From NCBI GenBank assembly GCA_032718475.1, contig JAUCBJ010005891.1, positions 1 through 64,000 of the forward strand: a stretch of DNA of 64,000 nucleotides. The letters are read 5' to 3'. The stretch comes from Nemertoderma westbladi (Eukaryota > Animalia > Xenacoelomorpha). Under the pieces are notes generated by a model, which did not search any database, was not told the origin of the DNA, and saw only the letters and a program-made list of their open reading frames with translations. The translations under genes were made by a program, and so were the position numbers. Positions 48,221 to 60,514 of this stretch are shown in pieces (positions within the stretch are counted from its first letter, which is position 1; each line of letters starts with the position of its first letter).

Positions 48221-51200
48221 ATTGGAGAAGCGCCCACCCCTACCTTCGTGTATCAGATAGGAGTAGCGCCCACCCCTACCTTCGGGTAGCAGATAGGAGT
48301 AGCACCCACCCCTACCTTCGTGTATCAGATAGGAGTAGCGCCCACCCCTACCTTCGGGTAGCAGATAGGAGTAGCACCCACCCCTACCTTCGTGTATCAG
48401 ATAGGAGTAGCGCCCACCCCTACCTTCGGGTAGCAGATAGGAGTAGCGCCCACCCCTACTTTCGGGTAGCAGATAGGAGTAGCGCCCAACCCTACCTTCG
48501 GGTAGCAGATAGGAGTAGCGCCCACCCCTACCTTCGGGTAGCAGATAGGAGTAGCGCCCACCCCTACCTTCGAGTAGCAGATAGGAGTAGCGCCCACCCC
48601 TACCTTCGGGTAGCAGATAGGAGTAGCGCCCACCCCTACTTTCGGGTAGCAGATAGGAGTAGCGCCCAACCCTACCTTTGGGTAGCAGATAGGAGTAGCG
48701 CCCACCCCTACCTTCGGGTAGCAAATAGGAGTAGCGCCCACCCCTACCTTCGAGTAGCAGATAGGAGTAGCGCCCACCCCTACCTTAGCGTAGCAGATAG
48801 GAGTAGCGCCCACCCCTACTTTCGGGTAGCAGATAGGAGTAGCGCCCAACCCTACCTTCGGGTAGCAGATAGGAGTAGCGCCCACCCCTACCTTCGGGTA
48901 GCAGATAGGAGAAGCGCCCACCCCTACCTTCGGGTATCAGATAGGAGTAGCGCCCACCCCTACCTTCGGGTAGCAGATAGGAGTAGCGCCCACCCCTACT
49001 TTCGGGTAGCAGATAGGAGTAGCGCCCAACCCTACCTTCGGGTAGCAGATAGGAGTAGCGCCCACCCCTACCTTCGGGTAGCAGATAGGAGTAGCGCCCA
49101 CCCCTACCTTCGAGTAGCAGATAGGAGTAGCGCCCACCCCTACCTTAGCGTAGCAGATAGGAGTAGCACCCACCCCTACCTTCGTGTATCAGATAGGAGT
49201 AGCGCCCATCCCTACCTTCGGGTAGCAGATAGGAGTAGCGCCCACCCCTACCTTCGGGTAGCAGATAGGAGTAGCGCCCACCCCTACTTTCGGGTAGCAG
49301 ATAGGTGTAGCGCCCACCCCTACCTTCGGGTAGCAGATAGGAGTAGCGCCCACCCATAACTTCGAGTAGCAGATAGGAGTAGCTCCCACCCCTACCTTCG
49401 GGTAGCAGATAGGAGTAGCGCCCACCCCTACCTTCGGGTAGCAGATAAGAGTAACGCCCACCCCTACCTTCGGGTAGCAGATAGGAGTAGCGCCCACCCC
49501 TACCTTCGGGTAGCAGATAGGAGTAGCGCCCACCCCTACCTTCGGGTAGCAGATAGGAGTAGCGCCCACCCCTACCTTCGGGTAGCAGATAAGAGTAACG
49601 CCCACCCCTACCTTCGGGTAGCAGATAGGAGTAGCGCCCAACCCTACCTTCGGGTTGCAGATAGGAGTAGCGCCACCCATACCCTCGGGTAGCAGATAGG
49701 AGTAGCACCCACCCCTACCTTCGGGTAGCAGATAAGAGTAACGCCCACCCCTACCTTCGGGTAGCAGATAGGAGTAGCGCCCACCCCTACCTTCGGGTAG
49801 CAGATAGGAGTAGCGCCCACCCCTACCTTCGGGTAGCAGATAGGAGTAGCGCCCACCCCTACCTTCGGGTAGCAGATAGGAGTAGCGCCCACCCCTACCT
49901 TCGGGTAGCAGATAAGAGTAACGCCCACCCCTACCTTCGGGTAGCAGATAGGAGTAGCGCCCACCCCTACCTTCGGGTAGCAGATAGGAGTAGCGCCCAC
50001 CCCTACCTTCGGGTAGCAGATAAGAGTAACGCCCACCCCTACCTTCGGGTAGCAGATAGGAGTAGCGCCCAACCCTACCTTCGGGTTGCAGATAGGAGTA
50101 GCGCCCACCCCTACCTTCGGGTAGCAGATAGGAGTAGCGCCCACCCCTACCTTCGGGTAGCAGATAGGAGTAGCGCCCACCCCTACCTTCGGGTAGCAGA
50201 TAGGAGTAGCGCCCAACCCTACCTTCGGGTAGCAGATAGGAGTAGCGCCCACCCCTACCTTCGGGTAGCAGATAGGAGTAGCGCCCACCCCTACCTTCGG
50301 GTTGCAGATAGGAGTAGCGCCACCCATACCCTCGGGTAGCAGATAGGAGTAGCGCCCACCCCTATCCTCGGGTAGCAGATAGGAGTAGCGCCCACCCCTA
50401 CCTTCGGGTAGCAGATAGGAGTAGCGCCCACCCCTACCTTCGGGTAGCAGATAGGAGTAGCGCCACCCATACCCTCGGGTAGCAGATAGGAGTAGCGCCC
50501 ACCCCTACCTTCGGGTAGCAGATAGGAGTAGCGCCCACCCCTACCTTCGGGTAGCAGATAGGAGTAGCGCCCACCCCTACCTTCGGGTAGCAGATAGGAG
50601 TAGCGCCCACCCCTACCTTCGGGTAGCAGATAGGAGTAGCGCCCAACCCTACCTTCGGGTTGCAGATAGGAGTAGCGCCACCCATACCCTCGGGTAGCAG
50701 ATAGGAGTAGCGCCCACCCCTACCTTCGGGTAGCAGATAGGAGTAGCGCCCACCCCTACCTTCGGGTAGCAGATAGGAGTAGCGCCCAACCCTACCTTCG
50801 GGTTGCAGATAGGAGTAGCGCCACCCATACCCTCGGGTAGCAGATAGGAGTAGCGCCCACCCCTATCCTCGGGTAGCAGATAGGAGTAGCGCCCACCCCT
50901 ACCTTCGGGTAGCAGATAGGAGTAGCTCCCACCCCTACCCTCGGGTAGCAGATAGGAGTAGCGCCCACCCCTACCTTAGCGTAGCAGATAGGAGTAGCAC
51001 CCACCCCTACCCTCGGGTAGCAGATAGGAGTAGCGCCACCCATACCCTCGGGTAGCAGATAGGAGTAGCACCCACCCCTACCTTCGGGTAGCAGATAGGA
51101 GTAGCGCCCACCCCTACCCTTGGGAAGCAGATAGGAGTAGCGCCCACCCATACCTTCGGGTAGCAGATAGGAGTAGCGCCCACGCCTACCTTCGGGTAGC

Positions 51201-54200
51201 AGATAGGAGTAGCGCCACCCATACCCTCGGGTAGCAGATAGGAGTAGCGCCCACCCCTACCTTCGGGTAGCAGATAGGAGTAGCGCCCACCCCTACCTTC
51301 GGGTAGCAGATAGGAGTAGCGCCCACCCCTACCCTCGGGTAGCAGATAGGAGTAGCGCCCACCCCTACCTTCGGGTAGCAGATAGGAGTAGCGCCCACCC
51401 CTACCTTCGGGTAGCAGATAGGAGTAGCGCCCACCCCTACCCTCGCGTAGCAGATAGGAGTAGCGCCCACCCCTACCTTCGGGTAGCAGATAGGAGTAGC
51501 GCCCACCCCTACCTTCGGGTAGCAGATAGGAGTAGCGCCCACCCCTACCCTCGCGTAGCAGATAGGAGTAGCGCCCACCCCTACCTTAGCGTAGCAGATA
51601 GGAGTAGCACCCACCCCTACCCTCGGGTAGCAGATAGGAGTAGCGCCCACCCATACCCTCGGGTAGCAGATAGGAGTAGCACCCACCCCTACCTTCGGGT
51701 AGCAGATAGGAGTAGCGCCCACCCCTACCCTCGGGAAGCAGATAGGAGTAGCGCCCACCCATACCTTCGGGTAGCAGATAGGAGTAGCGCCCACCCCTAC
51801 CTTCGGGTAGCAGATAGGAGTAGCGCCCACCCCTATCCTCGGGTAGCAGATAGGAGTAGCGCCCACCCCTATACCTTTTGGTAGCAGATAGGAGTAGCGC
51901 CCACCCCTATCCTCGGGTAGCAGATAGGAGTAGCGCCCACCCCTACCTTCGTGTATCAGATAGGAGTAGCGCCCACCCCTACCTTCGGGTAGCAGATAGG
52001 AGTAGCGCCCACCCCTACCTTAGCGTGTAGCAGATAGGAGTAGCGCCCACCCCTACCTTCGGGTAGCAGATAGGAGTAGCGCCCACCCCATACCTTCGGG
52101 TAGCAGATAGGAGTAGCGCCCACCCCTACCTTCGGGTAGCAGATAGGAGTAGCGCCCACCCCTATCCTCGGGTAGCAGATAGGAGTAGCGCCCACCCCTA
52201 TACCTTTTGGTAGCAGATAGGAGTAGCGCCCACCCCTATCCTCGGGTAGCAGATAGGAGTAGCGCCCACCCCTACCTTCGTGTATCAGATAGGAGTAGCG
52301 CCCACCCCTACCTTCGGGTAGCAGATAGGAGTAGCGCCTACCCCTATACCTTCGTGTAGCAGATAGAGTAGCGCCCACCCACTACCTTCGAGTAGCAGAT
52401 AGGAGTAGCGCCCACCCCTACCTTCGGGTAGCAGATAGGAGTAGCACCCACCCCTACCTTCGGGTAGCAGATAGGAGTAGCGCCCACCCCTACCTTCGGG
52501 TAGCAGATAGGAGTAGCGCCCACCCCTATCCTCGGGTAGCAGATAGGAGTAGCGCCCACCCCGACCTTCGAGTAGCAGATAGGAGTAGCGCCCACCCCTA
52601 TACCTTTTGGTAGCAGATAGGAGTAGCGCCCACCCCTAACTTCGAGTAGCAGATAGGAGTAGCGCCTACCCCTTTACCTTCGTGTAGCAGATAGAGTAGC
52701 GCCCACCCCTATCCTCGGGTAGCAGATAGGAGTAGCGCCCACCCCTACCCTCGTGTAGCAGATAGGAGTAGCGCCCACCCCTACCCTCGGGTAGCAGATA
52801 GGAGTAGCGCCCACCCCTACCTTAGCGTAGCAGATAGGAGTAGCGCCCACCCCTACCCTCGGGTAGCAGATAGGATTAGCGCCCACCCATACCCTCGGGT
52901 AGCAGATAGGAGTAGCACCCACCCCTACCTTCGGGTAGCAGATAGGAGTAGCGCCCACCCCTACCCTCGGGAAGCAGATAGGAGTAGCGCCCACTCATAC
53001 CTTCGGGTAGCAGATAGGAGTAGCGCCCACCCCTACCTTCGGGTAGCAGATAGGAGTAGCGCCCACCCCTATCCTCGGGTAGCAGATAGGAGTAGCGCCC
53101 ACCCCTATACCTTTTGGTAGCAGATAGGAGTAGCGCCCACCCCTATCCTCGGGTAGCAGATAGGAGTAGCGCCCACCCCTACCTTCGTGTATCAGATAGG
53201 AGTAGCGCCCACCCCTACCTTCGAGTAGCAGATAGGAGTAGCGCCCACCCCTATACCTTTTGGTAGCAGATAGGAGTAGCGCCCACCCCTACCTTCGAGT
53301 AGCAGATAGGAGTAGCGCCTACCCCTATACCTTCGTGTAGCAGATAGAGTAGCGCCCACCCCTACCTTCGGGTAGCAGATAGGAGTAGCACCCACCCCTT
53401 CCTTCGGGTAGCAGATAGGAGTAGCGCCCACCCCTACCTTCGGGTAGCAGATAGGAGTAGCGCCCACCCCTACTTTCGGGTAGCAGATAGGAGTAGCGCC
53501 CAACCCTACCTTCGGGTAGCAGATAGGAGTAGCGCCCACCCCTACCTTCGGGTAGCAGATAGGAGTAGCGCCCACCCCTACCTTCGAGTAGCAGATAGGA
53601 GTAGCGCCCACCCCTACCTTAGCGTAGCAGATAGGAGTAGCGCCCACCCCTACTTTCGGGTAGCAGATAGGAGTAGCGCCCAACCCTACCTTCGGGTAGC
53701 AGATAGGAGTAGCGCCCACCCCTACCTTCGGGTAGCAGATAGGAGAAGCGCCCACCCCTACCTTCGGGTATCAGATAGGAGTAGCGCCCACCCCTACCTT
53801 CGGGTAGCAGATAGGAGTAGCGCCCACCCCTACTTTCGGGTAGCAGATAGGAGTAGCGCCCAACCCTACCTTCGGGTAGCAGATAGGAGTAGCGCCCACC
53901 CCTACCTTCGGGTAGCAGATAGGAGTAGCGCCCACCCCTACCTTCGAGTAGCAGATAGGAGTAGCGCCCACCCCTACCTTAGCGTAGCAGATAGGAGTAG
54001 CACCCACCCCTACCTTCGTGTATCAGATAGGAGTAGCGCCCATCCCTACCTTCGGGTAGCAGATAGGAGTAGCGCCCACCCCTACCTTCGGGTAGCAGAT
54101 AGGAGTAGCGCCCACCCCTACTTTCGGGTAGCAGATAGGTGTAGCGCCCACCCCTACCTTCGGGTAGCAGATAGGAGTAGCGCCCACCCATAACTTCGAG

Positions 54201-57200
54201 TAGCAGATAGGAGTAGCTCCCACCCCTACCTTCGGGTAGCAGATAGGAGTAGCGCCCACCCCTACCTTCGGGTAGCAGATAAGAGTAACGCCCACCCCTA
54301 CCTTCGGGTAGCAGATAGGAGTAGCGCCCACCCCTACCTTCGGGTAGCAGATAGGAGTAGCGCCCACCCCTACCTTCGGGTAGCAGATAGGAGTAGCGCC
54401 CACCCCTACCTTCGGGTAGCAGATAAGAGTAACGCCCACCCCTACCTTCGGGTAGCAGATAGGAGTAGCGCCCAACCCTACCTTCGGGTTGCAGATAGGA
54501 GTAGCGCCACCCATACCCTCGGGTAGCAGATAGGAGTAGCGCCCACCCCTACCCTCGGGTAGCAGATAGGAGTAGCGCCCAACCCTACCTTCGGGTAGCA
54601 GATAAGAGTAACGCCCACCCCTACCTTCGGGTAGCAGATAGGAGTAGCGCCCAACCCTACCTTCGGGTTGCAGATAGGAGTAGCGCCACCCATACCCTCG
54701 GGTAGCAGATAGGAGTAGCGCCCACCCCTACCTTCGGGTAGCAGATAGGAGTAGCGCCCACCCCTACCTTCGGGTAGCAGATAAGAGTAACGCCCACCCC
54801 TACCTTCGGGTAGCAGATAGGAGTAGCGCCCAACCCTACCTTCGGGTTGCAGATAGGAGTAGCGCCACCCATACCCTCGGGTAGCAGATAGGAGTAGCGC
54901 CCACCCCTACCCTCGGGTAGCAGATAAGAGTAACGCCCACCCCTACCTTCGGGTAGCAGATAGGAGTAGCGCCCAACCCTACCTTCGGGTTGCAGATAGG
55001 AGTAGCGCCACCCATACCCTCGGGTAGCAGATAGGAGTAACGCCCACCCCTACCTTCGGGTAGCAGATAGGAGTAGCACCCACCCCTACCCTCGGGTAGC
55101 AGATAGGAGTAGCGCCCACCCCTACCTTCGGGTAGCAGATAGGAGTAGCGCCCAACCCTACCTTCGGGTTGCAGATAGGAGTAGCGCCACCCCTACCTTC
55201 GGGTAGCAGATAAGAGTAACGCCCACCCCTACCTTCGGGTAGCAGATAGGAGTAGCGCCCAACCCTACCTTCGGGTTGCAGATAGGAGTAGCGCCACCCC
55301 TACCTTCGGGTAGCAGATAAGAGTAACGCCCACCCCTACCTTCGGGTAGCAGATAGGAGTAGCACCCACCCCTACCCTCGGGTAGCAGATAGGAGTAGCG
55401 CCCACCCCTACCCTCGGGTAGCAGATAGGAGTAGCGCCCAACCCTACCTTCGGGTAGCAGATAAGAGTAACGCCCACCCCTACCTTCGGGTAGCAGATAG
55501 GAGTAGCGCCCAACCCTACCTTCGGGTTGCAGATAGGAGTAGCGCCACCCATACCCTCGGGTAGCAGATAGGAGTAGCGCCCACCCCTACCTTCGGGTAG
55601 CAGATAGGAGTAGCGCCCACCCCTACCTTCGGGTAGCAGATAAGAGTAACGCCCACCCCTACCTTCGGGTAGCAGATAGGAGTAGCGCCCAACCCTACCT
55701 TCGGGTTGCAGATAGGAGTAGCGCCACCCATACCCTCGGGTAGCAGATAGGAGTAGCGCCCACCCCTACCCTCGGGTAGCAGATAAGAGTAACGCCCACC
55801 CCTACCTTCGGGTAGCAGATAGGAGTAGCGCCCAACCCTACCTTCGGGTTGCAGATAGGAGTAGCGCCACCCATACCCTCGGGTAGCAGATAGGAGTAGC
55901 GCCCACCCCTACCTTCGGGTAGCAGATAGGAGTAGCGCCCACCCCTACCTTCGGGTAGCAGATAGGAGTAGCTCCCACCCCTACCCTCGGGTAGCAGATA
56001 GGAGTAGCGCCCACCCCTACCTTCGGGTAGCAGATAGGAGTAGCTCCCACCCCTACCCTCGGGTAGCAGATAGGAGTAGCTCCCACCCCTACCCTCGGGT
56101 AGCAGATAGGAGTAGCGCCACCCATACCCTCGGGTAGCAGATAGGAGTAGCACCCACCCCTACCTTCGGGTAGCAGATAGGAGTAGCTCCCACCCCTACC
56201 CTCGGGTAGCAGATAGGAGTAGCTCCCACCCCTACCCTCGGGTAGCAGATAGGAGTAGCGCCACCCATACCCTCGGGTAGCAGATAGGAGTAGCACCCAC
56301 CCCTACCTTCGGGTAGCAGATAGGAGTAGCGCCCACCCCTACCCTTGGGAAGCAGATAGGAGTAGCGCCCACCCATACCTTCGGGTAGCAGATAGGAGTA
56401 GCGCCCACCCCTACCTTCGGGTAGCAGATAGGAGTAGCGCCCACCCATACCCTCGGGTAGCAGATAGGAGTAGCACCCACCCCTACCTTCGGGTAGCAGA
56501 TAGGAGTAGCGCCCACCCCTACCCTCGGGAAGCAGATAGGAGTAGCGCCCACCCATACCTTCGGGTAGCAGATAGGAGTAGCGCCCACCCCTACCTTCGG
56601 GTAGCAGATAGGAGTAGCGCCCACCCCTATCCTCGGGTAGCAGATAGGAGTAGCGCCCACCCCTATACCTTTTGGTAGCAGATAGGAGTAGCGCCCACCC
56701 CTATCCTCGGGTAGCAGATAGGAGTAGCGCCCACCCCTACCTTCGTGTATCAGATAGGAGTAGCGCCCACCCCTACCTTCGAGTAGCAGATAGGAGTAGC
56801 GCCCACCCCTATACCTTTTGGTAGCAGATAGGAGTAGCGCCCACCCCTACCTTCGAGTAGCAGATAGGAGTAGCGCCTACCCCTATACCTTCGTGTAGCA
56901 GATAGAGTAGCGCCCACCCCTACCTTCGGGTAGCAGATAGGAGTAGCACCCACCCCTTCCTTCGGGTAGCAGATAGGAGTAGCGCCCACCCCTACCTTCG
57001 GGTAGCAGATAGGAGTAGCGCCCACCCCTATCCTCGGGTAGCAGATAGGAGTAGCGCCCACCCCTACCTTTTGGTAGCAGATAGGAGTAGCGCCCACCCC
57101 GACCTTCGAGTAGCAGATAGGAGTAGCGCCCACCCCTATACCTTTTGGTAGCAGATAGGAGTAGCGCCCACCCCTACCCTCGGGTAGCAGATAGGAGTAG

Positions 57201-57296
57201 CGCCCACCCCTACCTTTTGGTAGCAGATAGGAGTAGCGCCCACCCCTACCCTCGGGTAGCAGATAGGAGTAGCGCCCACCCCTACCTTCGGGTAGT
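48221..57296 (+). repeat. 36-bp satellite, about 250 copies
   Basis: Unit gataggagtagcgcccacccctaccttcgggtagca. Confidence 0.99.
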
Positions 57297-57620
57297 CCTC
57301 CATGTGTTAAACTACCCTGTGTCATGATAGCTGTTGTCTCTAGATCTACTATTGCGGTATAAAAAAGACAGTCACACAGCGTCAGACTACGGAAATGAAT
57401 GTAAACGTGTCATTTTCAAATTGGCTACGACATTATGACATGTGACTGTAAATATCAGTTTGACAATTACACTTTGACTTAATGACATGTCTAAATGTCA
57501 ATTTGAAAATGATATTTTTACATTCACCGAACATTTCGAAAATGTTATATTATAGTGTTATAGACAGTCGTAGTATTATTATATTAATAAAGTACAGGTG
57601 CTGGGTTTATTATCTCTTGT

Positions 57621-57823
57621 GTATTATTCAACTCACTCGTGCTGCTCGTTCGCTTGAATAGTCACAATCGAGTATTATTCAACTCACTCGTGCTGCTCGT
57701 TCGCTTGAATAGTCACAATCGAGTATTATTCAACTCACTCGTGCTGCTCGTTCGCTTGAATAGTCACAATCGAGTATTATTCAACTCACTCGTGCTGCTC
57801 GTTCGCTTGAATAGTCACAATCG
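57621..57823 (+). repeat. 51-bp tandem repeat, 4 copies
   Basis: gtattattcaactcactcgtgctgctcgttcgcttgaatagtcacaatcga. Confidence 0.95.
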
Positions 57824-57943
57824 AACCAGCCTAAATACTTTTGTATTCAATATCAAGTCGGTGTGAAATACGGCGTTAAATAAAGTAAATAGCGATTAAA
57901 TCTTCTACCGCCCTGGTTGCTCAGTGGTCTTAGGACACACACT

Positions 57944-57981
57944 CGGCTGATGATAACCGGAAGTTTGAAACCTAGGTACCG
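57944..57981 (+). ncRNA. Minimal type I hammerhead ribozyme motif within a tRNA-like element (57907-58005)
   Basis: CGG-CUGAUGA-uAAC(cggaa)GUUu-GAAA-CCUAGG-UA-CCG. Confidence 0.75.
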
Positions 57982-58328
57982 CGTTCGAGCCCCAATAGGG
58001 GCGGTTGATATTTTTCGCTATGGAGAGCATTATCATAATGTACTATAACATATATATTTATTCGCCGTCACCCACCCCACAACAATTCATTTATAATAAA
58101 GTAAATTCCATGCTTTAGGCTACATGATACCGACTGATTTTTTGCGATATTATTTCAGTTTAGTTTAGTGGTAGTGGTACAGTATTACAAGCTTAAGCTG
58201 AGGTTTAACTCATGCGTTCTGCCCAAGGTCAAGCGTCAAGTTATGCCTAAACTTTAGTTATATTTTGGTTACAATGAACTGATAGTCTGCTTTACTAACA
58301 TTGATTAAACCTTTCTGCTCTGCTTTAG

Positions 58329-58531
58329 GTTTACGACCAAATAACCGAGTGCGGGATTGAGTTGAATAAAATCGTAAAAACGTTCCAGAACGTTGGCGCC
58401 AATGTCATGCAGTCAGGCTGTCTGCTTAACGACAACGAAATGTTACCAGTAGACAAACTCGATGATTTTCTGTCTAAAGCCGTAGCATTGGTGTACCAAG
58501 ACAAGCGTGATAAACCAATGGATATGATACG
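58329..58531 (+). CDS. DCTN1: DCTN1 exon (VYDQITECG...KPMDMI)
   Basis: tttag / gttagc; phase-2 end joins G-AAG-TCA of the next exon. Confidence 0.88.
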
Positions 58532-59034
58532 GTTAGCTTAGCTTATTAACCAATGGATATGATACGGTTAGCTTAGCTTATTAACCAATGGATATGATAC
58601 GGTTAGCTTAGCTTATTAACCAATGGATATGATACGGTTAGCTTAGCTTATTAACCAATGGATATGATACGGTTAGCTTAGCTTATTAACCAATGGATAT
58701 GATACGGTTAGCTTAGCTTATTAACCAATGGATATGATACGGTTAGCTTAGCTTATTAACCAATGGATATGATACGGTTAGCTTAGATTATTAACCAATG
58801 GATATGATACGGTTAGCTTAGCTTATTAACCAATGGATATGATACGGTTAGCTTAGCTTATTAACCAATGGATATGATACGGTTAGCTTAGCTTATTAAC
58901 CAATGGATATGATACGGTTAGCTTAGCTTATTAACCAATGGATATGATACGGTTAGCTTAGCTTATTAACCAATGGATATGATACGGTTAGCTTAGCTTA
59001 TTAACCAATGGATATGATACGGTTAGCTTAGCTT
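58513..59034 (+). repeat. 35-bp splice-donor-spanning tandem repeat (about 15 copies)
   Basis: aaccaatggatatgatacg|gttagcttagcttatt. Confidence 0.97.
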
Positions 59035-59525
59035 CATTATAGAAAAACTAGCCGTAGTCGGCATGCATTGCAGCTGTTTTTAGCATGTGATGGTGGTCTC
59101 AATACCGGTTTAGCGACAAAATTGCGCCGCGACTACTCCCTATCCCTATCCCACAAAATTATTGAGCTCTTCTCGACGTGTCCCCGGAATGCCAATGTAA
59201 ATATTGCTCCCAACCATGTAGTTACCGTTTTCATCTACTCCAAGGTCCTTTATGCCCCCCGCTCACTCAACTGGCTACATCTTAATCACATATTTTGTAG
59301 ACATTTTCACGTGTAAACAATTAATTAAATTTTCCTTAATATCATGATATTCAGATCCACGAGATCCATTATTATGTTTATATATCCTTAAATACATATT
59401 AATTAAATACTTATTATTACCGTCCCCGATGCGTCTGCCGCGAATGGGGGACGGGGGTGCACACTTTTAAAAAGTTAATATGAACTAACTTCTTTACATT
59501 GAGTATAATATTACGCCCCCTACAG

Positions 59526-59748
59526 GAAGTCATTTGTATCGATTACCAACACAATGAATTCTCTCTGCACCGCTATGCAGGAGGGTGAGTTCGATTTCGA
59601 TGGATCGGTAGTACAACTTCCTCTCCCGCCGGTGCTACAACGGGCGGCCGCCGTAAAGGCGGACATCTGTGACACAGAGGGGGTCGGCCTAAAGTTACAG
59701 CAGAGGGAGGCCGACCTGAAAGAGCTTCGGAAGTCTATTAGACTGAAG
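59526..59748 (+). CDS. DCTN1: DCTN1 exon (KSFVSITNTMNSLCTAMQEGEFD...KSIRLK)
   Basis: TAMQEGEYD and EGLGLKL motifs; tacag / gtgagt. Confidence 0.96.
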
Positions 59749-60170
59749 GTGAGTGGGCTGGGTGTAATCATCAGTATCCTGTGCAACTAACTTTGTACAA
59801 GATGAGATTTAATCCCATGGTTATGGGTTCGATACTCCGATACCAAACTGGAACTTACATACGTTTTTTCTATAAAAAAATAAAGTTGTAGGATTCTCAG
59901 TTCACAATGACCAAGGAAAAATATCTTATTGTCGCTACGACGATGGATTTGTGTAGGAAATAAACTAGGCAACAGTTGGAATTTAATCACATTCACCAGG
60001 TTACAAATAGATGCGTATTCTACTATAAAAGTAGAACCTATATATAATCTACTTTTATGCGTGGGCGTACTTAGGAAAACACATACGAATTTTGAAAGAA
60101 ATTTATAATTATCTGCATCCCGGAGCTACAAACAGCGAGCAGAGCCATTCTATTCGTTCTATTTATTTAG

Positions 60171-60313
60171 GATGAAGACTTCAGCCAGGTTAAGATTAAG
60201 ATGAGTATGATAGAGAAGAAAGCGGAGAACATGACGAAAGAGAACGAAGATAGGTTGGCCAAGATGAAGAAGGAGGTGGATAACGCAGACGATGTGTTGG
60301 ATGCGAAACAGAA
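60171..60313 (+). CDS. DCTN1: DCTN1 exon (DEDFSQVKIKMSMIEKK...DAKQ)
   Basis: Matches GEELSEANVRLSLLEKK; tttag / gttagt. Confidence 0.92.
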
Positions 60314-60514
60314 GTTAGTGGGTCGGGTGTTTGTTAAGTAGAAATAATATAAGAGTCGACGGTTGATTACAACATGTCCTGGAATACAGTGTATTAATTC
60401 TACAAATCTTAAGATATTAATTTGATACATAGAGAGTTTCACCCCTGGATTTTCATTTTTGCTTGAATCTTTAGCTACAAGCGTTTTTAAAATCTGTCTC
60501 TGTCGATATTGCAC

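Noticed and set aside
48221-57296. CRISPR array (36-bp repeats)
   Set aside because: Head-to-tail units with no unique spacers, no cas genes, eukaryotic context.
48200-57327. Many long repetitive ORFs (GATPICYPKV..., RVADRSSAHPY...)
   Set aside because: By-products of a 36-bp unit (a multiple of 3) inside an intron; frames break at indel variants.
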